From contig CAZWEZ010000003.1 of the NCBI GenBank assembly GCA_964632795.1, positions 3,922 to 67,921 of the forward strand: a DNA stretch of 64,000 nt, read 5' to 3'. Under the pieces are notes generated by a model that ran no database searches, was not told the DNA's origin, and saw only the letters and a program-made list of their open reading frames with translations. This DNA is from an uncultured Thalassospiraceae bacterium (GTDB taxonomy: Bacteria > Pseudomonadota > Alphaproteobacteria > Rhodospirillales > 2-02-FULL-58-16). Positions 17,652 through 27,135 of this stretch are shown piece by piece. The position numbers were made by a program, and so were the translations under genes. The number at the start of each line of letters is the position of its first letter. The stretch's first letter is position 1.

Positions 17652-18728
17652 ATGGGCTATCCGAGCTGGGAAGAGATCCGCGCCACTTCCATCGAGAACA
17701 CGTTCTCTCACATGAACCCGTGGTACGTGCCGATGATCGAGGCCGACATGCCGACCTTTATGGCGCGCCCCCACGTGACCGATCCGGCGGGACTCGAAGG
17801 CGCCGATATCGTAATCATCGGCGCGCCCTATGTTGCGGGCTGGTCAGAATATGCCGGCGTCGGCAAGGAGGAATGGCTGGCGGCTCCCAAACGCGTCCGT
17901 CAGCAATCGATCCGCTATGGCTCGGGCTACATCCAGGATTTCGATCTGGACCTGTTCGAGCATCTTAAAGTCGTCGATTACGGCGATGCCGAGATCCCGC
18001 CTGAGAGCCTGACCACGCCTACCGCGGATAACATTCTCAAGGCTCAGGCGGCTGTGGAGAAGAAGGTAAATGACGTGCTCGCCGTCGGTGCGATTCCGAT
18101 CGTCATCGGCCAGAACTCGCCGTGCGGCTCCTTCGCCGTCGCCAAGGCGGTCTCGGAATCGACGGAGGGTAGGATCGGCACGATCAGCCTGGACACGCAT
18201 TGGGACATCGCCCCGCTAGACAAGCTGACGATGGACCCGCGCATCGCCGGTTCGGACAGTTGGCTCAACAAGACGTATGAATTTCTCGACAACTTCGACT
18301 ACCCCAACCTGATCGAGATCGGCCCGCGCGGCATGCTTGAGAATAAGGAGGCCGTGCGCCAGTTCCTCAGCAACGGCGCGCATTTCTACCCAATGTGGAA
18401 GGTGCGTACCGAGCTTGGCATCGACAAGCTGTGTGAGAATCTGCGTCACGCGTACGATGGCACGGACAAGGTATACGTTCACTTCGACATGGACGTGATC
18501 GGCGGCGCGGGGCCGGCCCCGGGCGATATTCTCGGCGATCTCGCCGAGCCGATCGGCATGACCGACTACGAAGTGCTCCGCATCGCCCATGAGATCGGTA
18601 ACCGCGGCCTGGCGGCGCTCTCCTTCATCTGCATCCCGCCCGGCTCGGCTGTGATCTACCGGCTGATTGTGTACGTGATTGTCTACCTGATGGCCGGACT
18701 TGTCATCGCGCGAAGCCAGCCGCGCTGA
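17652..18728 (+). CDS. Arginase/agmatinase/ureohydrolase-fold protein (divergent metal-site motifs)
   Basis: ISLDTHWD (the DAHxD-type motif) and VHFDMDVIGG (the DxDxxD-type motif) are present with the right spacing. The GGDHS position reads GQNSP. The RBS aaggag precedes the ATG. Confidence 0.65.
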   Translation: MGYPSWEEIRATSIENTFSHMNPWYVPMIEADMPTFMARPHVTDPAGLEGADIVIIGAPYVAGWSEYAGVGKEEWLAAPKRVRQQSIRYGSGYIQDFDLDLFEHLKVVDYGDAEIPPESLTTPTADNILKAQAAVEKKVNDVLAVGAIPIVIGQNSPCGSFAVAKAVSESTEGRIGTISLDTHWDIAPLDKLTMDPRIAGSDSWLNKTYEFLDNFDYPNLIEIGPRGMLENKEAVRQFLSNGAHFYPMWKVRTELGIDKLCENLRHAYDGTDKVYVHFDMDVIGGAGPAPGDILGDLAEPIGMTDYEVLRIAHEIGNRGLAALSFICIPPGSAVIYRLIVYVIVYLMAGLVIARSQPR

Positions 18729-18768
18729 ACGCGGTCTTCTGCACGCTCAGTCTAGAAGGTCCGCTTGT

Positions 18769-18836
18769 GGCTAGAAGCAGCGGTTCCAGGCTACCACAAG
18801 CCTCGTCAGGTTTACCACAGCAAGCAGACGTCAAAC
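18769..18836 (+). repeat. Dispersed repeat, copy B (3' half only)
   Basis: ggctagaagcagcggttccaggctaccacaag...cagcaagcagacgtc aligns with 3740-3810 of copy A. Confidence 0.65.
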
Positions 18837-18921
18837 CCGAATGTCGGCTTTCTGGGCCTTTGGATGGGCTGTGAATCGTTCATACCCGTCCTCGGTCACG
18901 ATAACCCCTATTTTCCAGATC

Positions 18922-20112
18922 TCACGACCACGGGCCGTCTTGCCCCCCGGTCAGAAGTTCCACCCCGTCGGCGGTGACCAGTAGGTTCTGTTCCGCTTGG
19001 GCCACCCCGCAGCCGGCGAGGGACAGAGTCCGTTCGACAGTCAGGTACATGGCCTCCTCGACCTCCATGGTCTCGTCTGGCAGCATCCAGGGCCGTTCCC
19101 AGCCGAGGCCCAGTCCGTGTCCCCAGAGGACTGGATAGACCGCCCCAATCTGATTTGCCCGGGGCGGGCCGTCGACGGCGACGTCCATGTCGCGCAGCGC
19201 GCCGTCGCCGGTCGTCACCAGGTCCTTGACCGCTATCCCCGGGCGAATCGCCTCGATGACCGTGTCCAACGCCCGGTGCAGGGTGTCGAGAAGACGTCGC
19301 TGGTCGGCCGTTGGCGCGCCGACCACCGAAGTTCGTCCGAAATCGGAATAGTAACCGTTCCCGACCACTCCGAGGTCGAGGCGCACCAGGTCGCCGGCCG
19401 CCAACGTGCGGGGGCTGTAACCGGGAAGTGGGTTAGAGGTGTAGGAACCGCACGTCTCCCCCGACGACGCGGCGGCGAAGTAGACCCCGGCACCCTCCGA
19501 GGCGACGACGTTGAACGCCGCGCCGACCGCCTCGGCTTCGCTCCGCCCCGGTTCCAGCGCCTCCAGGAAGGCGGTTACCGCACGGCGGCTGGTGGCGCAG
19601 GTGGCGCGGACCAGGTCCCGCTCGGCCGGGCTCTTGATCCTTCGCATGGCGGCGATCTCTGCGTCGGCGTCGTTCCAGTCGACGGTCGGCAGGGCGGCCT
19701 CCAGCCGCCGCCAAAGGCTGGTTGGCAGGACATCGGCACCGATCAAGGCAAGCGGCCCGCCGCCCAGTCCCAGGTCCTCGATGCCGGCGACCACCTCGCC
19801 GACGAAGTCCCGGGGATAGACGATGTCGGTGGCGGCGATGGTCGCGGTGTCGTATTCGGGAGTGGAGACGAACAACCGATCCCCTCCATCGGCGGCCAGC
19901 AAGTAGACCGTGTGGGCCCGACCGCTCCAGTAGGGCGGGTTGTCGGGCATGTTGACGTAGGCTTGGTAGTGGCCGGTCAGGTAAAGAACGTCGGCGGATC
20001 GGTCGAATGTGAAGCCTCCACGCGAGACGACCAAGGCACCGGCAAATCCCCGTTCGCCCAGTCGTCCGGCCAGCCGCTTCTGGCGGTCACGGTATTCGGC
20101 GAGTTCTATCAT
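18922..20112 (-). CDS. M24-family creatinase/Xaa-Pro peptidase-fold hydrolase (paralog 1)
   Basis: It has a creatinase/prolidase N-domain (ELAEYRDRQKRLAGRLGERGFAGALVVSR) and a pita-bread C-domain (GDLVRLDLGVVGNGYYSDFGRT...HGLGLG...EEAMYLTVE). The ORF extends to 20178. I chose the start at MIELAEY (20112). Confidence 0.8.
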   Translation of the reverse strand: MIELAEYRDRQKRLAGRLGERGFAGALVVSRGGFTFDRSADVLYLTGHYQAYVNMPDNPPYWSGRAHTVYLLAADGGDRLFVSTPEYDTATIAATDIVYPRDFVGEVVAGIEDLGLGGGPLALIGADVLPTSLWRRLEAALPTVDWNDADAEIAAMRRIKSPAERDLVRATCATSRRAVTAFLEALEPGRSEAEAVGAAFNVVASEGAGVYFAAASSGETCGSYTSNPLPGYSPRTLAAGDLVRLDLGVVGNGYYSDFGRTSVVGAPTADQRRLLDTLHRALDTVIEAIRPGIAVKDLVTTGDGALRDMDVAVDGPPRANQIGAVYPVLWGHGLGLGWERPWMLPDETMEVEEAMYLTVERTLSLAGCGVAQAEQNLLVTADGVELLTGGQDGPWS

Positions 20113-20627
20113 TTCGATGGTGCTCCGATGGTGGTGGGGCCGTAATAGAGGGCCGGCTGACATGCCGCAAGGCATCACGTTTCTGCACCTTGGGATCTAT
20201 GGGTGGAGATGTCAGGGCTGCGGCAATCCTCCCGCGAGTGGCACGGGTATCGTGGTCCGGCGCGGGGAGAAGGCAACGTCGGCGCTCACGAGCCTGATTG
20301 GTGATGCCATGGCCACCTGCAAGGGCGACACCCGAGATCGCTACGGGCGGCTTCACTGACCATTGCCCCCGTGAGTCAATTAAAGCGCCGTACAGAGTCA
20401 TCTCGGACTTCCTGGCACCCGTGGACTCCGAAGCCGCTGACGCGCCTCAGCGAGTCCCTGAGAGTCTCCTGCGGCTATTCCGACATCAGGGTAATGTCGA
20501 TGATCGGAGCCACGCCCCGAAGTCCCCGGATCATCTCCACCGAAGGACCTGCCCGGAGACGCTGTTGGGGGCCTGTCTCTTTCGCCTACGAGGCCCACGT
20601 CCTTGGCTCCCAGGGTGGCCATCGAGG

Positions 20628-20790
20628 CCGAACGTCGGCTTACGGTGGTAGAGCGGCGGTGGTCTGTGGTAGCCTGGGACCGCCGCTGATAGCCAGGACC
20701 GGACTCTGAACAACGATCACCCAGCGCAAATTCTTTCTCATCGCGATGCCGATGGTGGGAGCCGTCCACTGCATCAAGAGCGGACATTGA
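20628..20790 (-). repeat. Dispersed ~165-bp repeat, copy C (full length, inverted relative to A and B)
   Basis: The reverse complement aligns end to end with 3647-3810 (see copy A). Confidence 0.75.
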
Positions 20791-21027
20791 AGGGCCTCAC
20801 GTCGCCCTAGGGGAATGGCGATCCTACCCGATTTCTCATGGCACCTCAGGCGGATTTCACCTAACGTTGCAGTGACAGTTTCGGAAAACGCTGAAATCCA
20901 CGTCTGCCATCTACGCCGACACGGGCACCGACGGTAATAGACGTTCCATTTCGATGGTGATGGCCGCCATTTGCGGCGTCGCGTCCATTCTGCTTGGCCT
21001 GGTCGTGCTATGAAGATGAGGAAGGGC

Positions 21028-22668
21028 ATGGAAACAAGACACGCCGACGTATGGATCATCGGTTCGGGAGCGGCTGGTCTGACCGCCGCCATCGCCGCCC
21101 GCTCGCTGGGCGCCGAGGTCGCCGTCATCGGTAAGAGCGCCCCGGGCAAGGGGACCGCGACGACGCTTGCCGTGGGCGCCTTTACCGGCCCCTGGGAGGG
21201 CCTGTCGGCGGAGACCTACATCCGCCAAACCCTGGCCGCCGGACGGGGGCTCAACCAGGTCGACTTGGTCGAAGTGCTGGCCGCCGAGGCGCCGGCCCGC
21301 TTCCGTGACCTGATCGACTGGGGGATGCGCTCCAAATCGGCGCCGGGCTCCTTCATGGCGGTGCCGGCCGGCGGCGAATCGGATCTGGTCCCGGTGTGGG
21401 GCCGGGAGATCGTCCGCTGCCTGGTCGCCAAGGCCCAGGAGCTGGGGGTGATCTTCGCCAACAACCTGGTCGTCCGGTCGATAACGGCCGACCCGGCCGG
21501 CGTCCGCCTGACCGCCCATGGCGAGCGGCACGGAGGCTGGATCGAGTTCAGAGGCGGCGCGGCGATCCTCGCCGCCGGCGGCGGCGGCGGCCTCTACCTG
21601 CACCACGACAATCCTCAGCGGATCACCGGCGACGCCTACGCCCTGGCCTACGAGGCCGGCGCCGTGGTCCAGGACATGGAGTTCGTCCAGTTCTACCCGA
21701 TCGCCATCACCGAACCCGACCGGCCGCCCTTCCTGATCGATGAAGAAGGAGCCGATCTGGGACGGATCGTCAACGGACGGGGCGAGGACATTCTCGAGAA
21801 GTACGCCATCACCGAACGGCCGGCAGCCATCCACGCCCGTGACAGCCTGTCCCAGGCCCTGTACACCGAGATCGAGATCGACGGCCAGGACATCTTCCTC
21901 GACCTCTCCGGGGTGTCGAAGGAGGACTGGTGCGCCAACCCCATCTCGGAATCCCAGTGGGCCTACCTGGACCGCCGCTACGACGCCTGGAACCGGCCGC
22001 TGCGGATGTCCCCGGTTGCCCACTTCCTGGGCGGCGGCGCCCGGATCGACGTCCACGGGGCGACCAACGTGCCGGGCCTCTATGCCGCCGGCGAGGCCGC
22101 AGGCGGCGTTCACGGCGCCAACCGCCTGGCCGGCAACGCCCTCACCGAGACCGTGGTCTTCGGCCACCGGGCCGGTGAGGCGGCGCACCGATGGGCTGCC
22201 GGACGCGACCAGGGACGCGGGATAGCGGCCGACGTCACGCCCGGGGACGAACCGGCCGACGGTACGCCCAAGACCGGCACACCAAGAGCTGACGCCAAAA
22301 CGCTGAAGGGCGAACTGCGCCGGGCCATGTGGCGTTACGCCGGCATCCGCCGCGACGGGGCGGGGCTGGCCACCGGCCTCGAAACTGTCCGCGAGATCGC
22401 CGGGGAAGCCGGCAAGGCGCTAAACGTCAACGAGCCGAAGGAGATCGGCAAACTCGTCGAATTGCAGCTCGCCTCCCGAGCCGCCGAGCTGATCCTCGAG
22501 GCCGCCGCCCGACGCCAGGAAAGCCGGGGCGTGCATTTCCGGGTCGACTTCCCCGAGCCCGACGACGCCAACTGGCTGGGCCACCTGAATGTCCGCCTTG
22601 AGGACGGCGCCCGGCAGTGGACCTTCGACAAACTTCAAGACGCCGGAGGATCGCCACCGGGCGGCTGA
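21028..22668 (+). CDS. FAD-binding flavoprotein of the fumarate reductase/succinate dehydrogenase/L-aspartate oxidase family (stand-alone)
   Basis: Dinucleotide fold DVWIIGSGAAGLTAAIAA, then AAGEAAGGVHGANRLAGNALTE and ESRGVHFRVDFPEPDDANWLGH. No Fe-S or membrane-anchor subunit gene is adjacent. Alternative starts are at 21010 and 20971. Confidence 0.8.
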   Translation: METRHADVWIIGSGAAGLTAAIAARSLGAEVAVIGKSAPGKGTATTLAVGAFTGPWEGLSAETYIRQTLAAGRGLNQVDLVEVLAAEAPARFRDLIDWGMRSKSAPGSFMAVPAGGESDLVPVWGREIVRCLVAKAQELGVIFANNLVVRSITADPAGVRLTAHGERHGGWIEFRGGAAILAAGGGGGLYLHHDNPQRITGDAYALAYEAGAVVQDMEFVQFYPIAITEPDRPPFLIDEEGADLGRIVNGRGEDILEKYAITERPAAIHARDSLSQALYTEIEIDGQDIFLDLSGVSKEDWCANPISESQWAYLDRRYDAWNRPLRMSPVAHFLGGGARIDVHGATNVPGLYAAGEAAGGVHGANRLAGNALTETVVFGHRAGEAAHRWAAGRDQGRGIAADVTPGDEPADGTPKTGTPRADAKTLKGELRRAMWRYAGIRRDGAGLATGLETVREIAGEAGKALNVNEPKEIGKLVELQLASRAAELILEAAARRQESRGVHFRVDFPEPDDANWLGHLNVRLEDGARQWTFDKLQDAGGSPPGG

Positions 22669-22744
22669 CCATGGTGAAATATATTATTTCCCGGCAACTT
22701 GACATTGATCAACAATCGGTTGATTGATTCTTACATAGTGTTCG

Positions 22745-22936
22745 TTGCTGACCATCATTAACGATATTCTCGATTTCTCGAAAATCGAGGCCGGCAAGCT
22801 AGACCTGGAGCAGATTCCGATCTCGGTTCGCGACGCCGTCGAGGGAGTCGCCGAAACCCTCGCCCCCAATGCCCGGAGCAAGAACATCGGGCTCAGCGCC
22901 TACGTGGATCCCGACATCCCCGATGCCGTTTTGGGC
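22745..22936 (+). pseudogene. Internal fragment of a (hybrid) sensor histidine kinase, truncated at both ends
   Basis: LTIINDILDFSKIEAGKLDLEQIPISVRDAVEGVAETLAPNARSKNIGLSAYVDPDIPDAVLG is the end of a HisKA domain and the start of a HATPase domain. There is no N-terminal sensor or H-box and no ATP-binding remainder. It abuts the IS fragment at about 22940. Confidence 0.7.
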
Positions 22937-22939
22937 GGC

Positions 22940-23161
22940 CAGGTAGCAGTAACCGACCAGCAGCATCTGGATCATCAGCTCCGGATCGACCGCTGGGCAC
23001 CCCGTGTGACTGTAGAAAGGCGAAAGCTCGGCGCGAAGCCAGCTCAGATCGAGAACCCCGTCGATCCGACGCAACAGGTGATTGGCCGGGATGCGCTCAT
23101 CGAGATTGAACTCGTAGAAAAGTCGATCCTGTCGATCGACCGCTTGCCCCATCATCGCCAT
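22940..23161 (-). mobile_element. IS5/IS1182-family transposase N-terminal fragment (DUF772-type)
   Basis: DRQDRLFYEFNLDERIPANHLLRRIDGVLDLSWLRAELSPFYSHTGCPAVDPELMIQMLLVGYCY is the conserved N-terminal domain of IS5-group transposases. The DDE catalytic part is absent. Confidence 0.7.
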
Positions 23162-23290
23162 TCCCCCGTCTCGAAAAACGCTGAGACAAAGGAATCACGT
23201 ATGCCAAACCCTGACAACCGAGTTCTTCAACACTCTCAGCCACAACCGGACTCTGGAATTGAGGCGGCACTTGGCCAACTTAACTCGATA

Positions 23291-24334
23291 TCATAATTTT
23301 AAAATGAACTGACATATCTGCCCCATCGTCGTCAGCAGTTGATCGATATCATCTGGTTCGGTATTCCACGCGGTGACGAACCGTGCGGCTGAACCATCGA
23401 GCTCATCCTCATTTACATCAAAGCCTTCGCCTTTAAGGCTTTCGGTGATTGACCTTGGAAGACGCACGAAAACTTCATTCGATTGCGTCGGGTAAGCCAG
23501 TTCGATGCTGGGAAGCGCGGCTAACCCTTCACTGAGGTGGGTCGCCATGGAATTGGCTTGGCGGGCATTGCGAAGCCACACCCCATCTTTCAGATAGGCT
23601 TCAAGCTGCGCAGAAATAAACCGCATCTTGGAGAGCAATTGACCTGCGCGTTTATGAAGGTATGAAAAGGTTTTAGCCATATCGGGTTGAAAAAAGACGA
23701 TAACTTCAGCAGCAAGGCAACCATTCTTTGTTCCGCCAAACGACAGGACATCAACGCCCGACTTCCACGTCATTTCCGCCGGGCTTACACCAAGCGTAAC
23801 AAGCGCATTGGCAAAGCGTGCCCCATCCATATGAACATTCAATCCATGCCCATGGCCCGTTTCCGTGATCGCTGAAATTTCATCGAGTTGGTAAACCGTT
23901 CCCGCTTCACTTGCCTGGGTTATGCTAACCGTAGAGGGTTGCGCGTGATGCACGTTGCCACGCCCATAAATTGTCGAGGCCAAATCTTTGGCACTGATTT
24001 TGGCTCCATCGCCGCCCATGGGGATCAGTTTGGCTCCGCCTGTAAACAGCTCTGGGGCACCGCATTCATCAGTGTTGAGGTGCGCCAGTTCATGGCAGTA
24101 AATCTTTCCAAATGGTGGCGTTAATGCGGCTAGGGCCAACGCATTTGATGCCGTGCCTGTCACAACAGGGAATGCCGCCAATTCGGTTTCAAAAATCTCA
24201 GAAAGCCTGGTTTCCAAATTTAAAGACCACGTATCCTCCCCATAAGATGCGGCGGTGCCGGAATTAGCGGCAACGACGGCGTCCATCACTTCCGGACAAG
24301 CGCACGTGACATTGTCTGATGTTAAAAGGGTCAT
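23291..24334 (-). CDS. Low-specificity threonine aldolase / beta-eliminating lyase family (PLP enzyme)
   Basis: LTSDNVTCACPEVMDAVVAANSGTAASYGEDTWSLNLETRLSEIF...VVTGTASNALALA...SFGGTKNG (PLP-lysine region). The length is 347 aa. Confidence 0.75.
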   Translation of the reverse strand: MTLLTSDNVTCACPEVMDAVVAANSGTAASYGEDTWSLNLETRLSEIFETELAAFPVVTGTASNALALAALTPPFGKIYCHELAHLNTDECGAPELFTGGAKLIPMGGDGAKISAKDLASTIYGRGNVHHAQPSTVSITQASEAGTVYQLDEISAITETGHGHGLNVHMDGARFANALVTLGVSPAEMTWKSGVDVLSFGGTKNGCLAAEVIVFFQPDMAKTFSYLHKRAGQLLSKMRFISAQLEAYLKDGVWLRNARQANSMATHLSEGLAALPSIELAYPTQSNEVFVRLPRSITESLKGEGFDVNEDELDGSAARFVTAWNTEPDDIDQLLTTMGQICQFILKL

Positions 24335-24484
24335 TCTTGAACTCTCTGCTATTTAGTTTGGTGAAAATGAAGATGATGCTTCGGCTTCGAGAAATCGAAT
24401 ACGATTAAGTTGCGCCTGAAGTCAATAAGCTGCTCATCTCCAACTTCTCATGTTGTGAAAGTCTCATGCATCTGGTTCCTCCAG

Positions 24485-24551
24485 GGTCGAGCTGGCCTGC
24501 CCCCACGAACGATACCACTATTTAAGTTAGCCTCGATGTCGAGGGAAGGCC
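24485..24551 (+). repeat. ~68-bp dispersed repeat, copy 2, followed by a 14-bp inverted repeat
   Basis: The core at 24494-24517 is identical to 5945-5968. Immediately downstream, gggaaggcctgatc (24543-24556) pairs perfectly with gatcaggccttccc (24586-24599). Confidence 0.7.
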
Positions 24552-24700
24552 TGATCTGGTCGTAGTCCCCATTGAACGAAGACCTGATCAGGCCTTCCCG
24601 GGATGATGGTTTCCGGTGCTGGGGGCTTGTACCCCAGTGAGCTGTGTGGCCTTAATCTACGCTCGACGCTAAATTCAGGGGGTGACGTGAATAATTTGTG

Positions 24701-25624
24701 CTAACAGTCTCGTTCTCGTCTTAGTTCATGGCATGAGCAATGAACGCCGCCGCCGGCCAAAGCGAACATGTCGTAGTCGACCGCGAAGACCTGAAAGCCC
24801 TCCTGCTCGAGCTTTGCGTTGACGCTAATGTTGTGTGACATCGACAAGACGCGCTTGTTGCCGAGGCTGACTAAATTGCCGCCGAGCTTTACACAGTCGG
24901 CGTATGACACAACGATCCGTTCGATACCTTGCTGATTCAGCCAATCGATTGCATAGGCCGGAAGGGCATCCTCGCAGACCAGCGCCAGCCCTTTTTCCAG
25001 CATGACGACAACGGCGTCCATGTGAACGAACTGGGGCGGGATGGGTACAACGAAGGCTTCCCAATCCATTTCGTGCAGCCAGCCGGCAACCTGTTCCGCG
25101 CCAGCCTGTGTGGAGCGATCACCAGCCCAGCCCAACAGCGCAATGCCCGGTTTGGCGATGACGAAATCACCACCTTCGAAGTAGTCCGCTGTCACCCACT
25201 TCCAGATTGGAATACCCGCGGTCCGATAGAATTCCGATGTCACCGCGTAGTCGCGCTGGCGTGGTGGGGTCTGAATGCTGGTGATCACGGCTCCCCAAGG
25301 AGTCATGAAGCTGGAATCGCGCGTGAATACACTGCTAGGAAGCCCTTCGTCGGCTTCAACGAAATGACATCGCACGCCGTTGGCCTCGTACACTTCGACC
25401 ATCTTGCGATGCTGCTGCATCGCCTTTTGCTTGTCGAAATGAACGCCCGTCTTCTCTTGATTGTTGAAGGTCACTGCGGAAATCGAGTTTAGAGGCACCC
25501 AGCGGAAATCGTCGGGCTTCCCCAACAAGATATCGGTCAGCACGCCGGTTTGCGCTTCGATCCCCCAGCGCACCTCATCCTTCACCAAGCCACTTAGGCC
25601 AACTCCACCGTTTATACTATTCAT
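24701..25624 (-). CDS. Guanidino-group-modifying enzyme superfamily protein (amidinotransferase / DDAH / arginine-deiminase fold)
   Basis: The C-terminal catalytic-Cys motif GGGVHCSCHELRRE is present, along with FTRDSSFMTPWGAVI and the acidic/His motifs typical of the fold. The length is 307 aa. Confidence 0.7.
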   Translation of the reverse strand: MNSINGGVGLSGLVKDEVRWGIEAQTGVLTDILLGKPDDFRWVPLNSISAVTFNNQEKTGVHFDKQKAMQQHRKMVEVYEANGVRCHFVEADEGLPSSVFTRDSSFMTPWGAVITSIQTPPRQRDYAVTSEFYRTAGIPIWKWVTADYFEGGDFVIAKPGIALLGWAGDRSTQAGAEQVAGWLHEMDWEAFVVPIPPQFVHMDAVVVMLEKGLALVCEDALPAYAIDWLNQQGIERIVVSYADCVKLGGNLVSLGNKRVLSMSHNISVNAKLEQEGFQVFAVDYDMFALAGGGVHCSCHELRRERDC

Positions 25625-25674
25625 CTGCGAACCCTTATTCAGATAGGCTCAAGGCTTCACCAGCGTCGTAACGC

Positions 25675-26853
25675 TCAATGGATTGTGTATTTCTTCACAA
25701 CATCTTTTACCAAATCGACGCCCAAACCGGGTAAGTTCGGAAGAGGTAAGATACCGTCTACAATCCCAGGTTCGGGCGTGGTGAGTCCTTTCCTCAGAGA
25801 CGTGGAATGGGCGAGATCTGGAACTAGGTAGGATATGTATGGGCAATTCAAAGTCGCTGCTTGAAAGTGTCGGGACGCTGCAGCACTAATGCCCGTCTTA
25901 TAGCCATGGGGGATGACGACAGCTCCATACAACGCGGCCAAGTCCGCTATTCGACGCGCTTCAGTGAGGCCGCCACATCGGCTTAGGTCTGGTTGAAGAA
26001 CATCAACCTTACCTCTCTCCAGCCACTCACGGCACTCGTAAACGGTAGCAGCCATTTCGCCACCGCCTAACCTAGTCTCGATCCGCTGAGCGAGCTTGTA
26101 GTGCCCTTCGATGTCATCTGGCTGTAGTGTCCCCTCCGCAAAGAATATCCGACAATCCTCAACCCGACGAAGGACCCATAGTGCGTCCCGCCAGTCTGTC
26201 CAACGGTCACCGAAATCAAGCATTAGTGTAACATCACCACCAAGAAGTTTTCGCGCGTCTTTGATGCACGTTACAACCTCTGGATCTGAAATATGTTCTC
26301 CATGCCCGATCTCCATTTTGAAAGCCCGAAAACCTAGATCCAACGCTTGTCCGAACATGCGGTTGAATACTTTCATTAGTTCAGCAGCATCTCGATCTTG
26401 TCCTTTACCAGGGTAGATGGGCGCGTAAGGTTTGATCTCCTGACGGTGAACACCGCCAAGTAATTGATATACTGGTCGGCCAAGTTGCTTTCCTACTAAG
26501 TCATACAAGGCAATGTCGACAGCAGACAACGCATGGATCCCGATACCACGCCGACCATGATACTGCGTCCCATCGTAGAGATCGTTATACAAAGCCCGAA
26601 TTTCGAATGGATCTCGTCCGATCAACATTCCTCGCAATCCTTTACTCCATGCGTGGGAATCTTGCATCATAACAAGATCTCGAACCACTTCTGGCGGGGC
26701 ATCGGCTTCCCCGATGCCAACCCTGCCCTCGCCATCAGTTATCCGCACAATGGCAGTTTCAGTTGAGCAGTCGATGTCTGTTGGATCATTGGCGATCCGT
26801 AATATCAGAACATCCACCTCAGAAATACAACTCTTAGTTAAATTTATTGACAT
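25675..26853 (-). CDS. Enolase-superfamily enzyme (mandelate racemase / muconate lactonizing enzyme family)
   Basis: FKMEIGHG, LMLDFGDRW, FFAEGTLQPDD and QPDLSRCGGLTEARRIADLAALYGAVVIPHGY match the barrel-domain metal-ligand and catalytic pattern of the MR/MLE family. Confidence 0.8.
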   Translation of the reverse strand: MSINLTKSCISEVDVLILRIANDPTDIDCSTETAIVRITDGEGRVGIGEADAPPEVVRDLVMMQDSHAWSKGLRGMLIGRDPFEIRALYNDLYDGTQYHGRRGIGIHALSAVDIALYDLVGKQLGRPVYQLLGGVHRQEIKPYAPIYPGKGQDRDAAELMKVFNRMFGQALDLGFRAFKMEIGHGEHISDPEVVTCIKDARKLLGGDVTLMLDFGDRWTDWRDALWVLRRVEDCRIFFAEGTLQPDDIEGHYKLAQRIETRLGGGEMAATVYECREWLERGKVDVLQPDLSRCGGLTEARRIADLAALYGAVVIPHGYKTGISAAASRHFQAATLNCPYISYLVPDLAHSTSLRKGLTTPEPGIVDGILPLPNLPGLGVDLVKDVVKKYTIH

Positions 26854-26928
26854 CTTGCCTCCGCCTCAGCATGAAAATTGGTCCATTGTATGTCGACAGA
26901 AGAATCGTAACTGCTCACCCCGGCAGGG

Positions 26929-27135
26929 CTACGCTGGCATGAAGATGGAGTTTCCGTCAAGAGTGGCGCGGATGGCTTGGAGGACGGAGAGGCCGTTTTG
27001 GCGGCCAGTGTCGATGACGGAACGGACAGCGGCGAAGAGCTAGCCACCCCATTGGGAACGGAAGCCGTTGGTTACCTTGCGGAAAACGACACTGGGACGC
27101 AGCGCCCGTTCGTAGGCGTTGTTGGTGTTCCGCCG
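26929..27135 (-). mobile_element. IS66-family transposase C-terminal fragment with an in-frame stop
   Basis: My own minus-strand translation reads RRNTNNAYERALRPSVVFRKVTNGFRSQWGG*LFAAVRSVIDTGRQNGLSVLQAIRATLDGNSIF. This fits the conserved NN-x-ER-x-LR...RK...G C-terminal block of IS66 TnpC. No upstream body is present. Confidence 0.55.
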
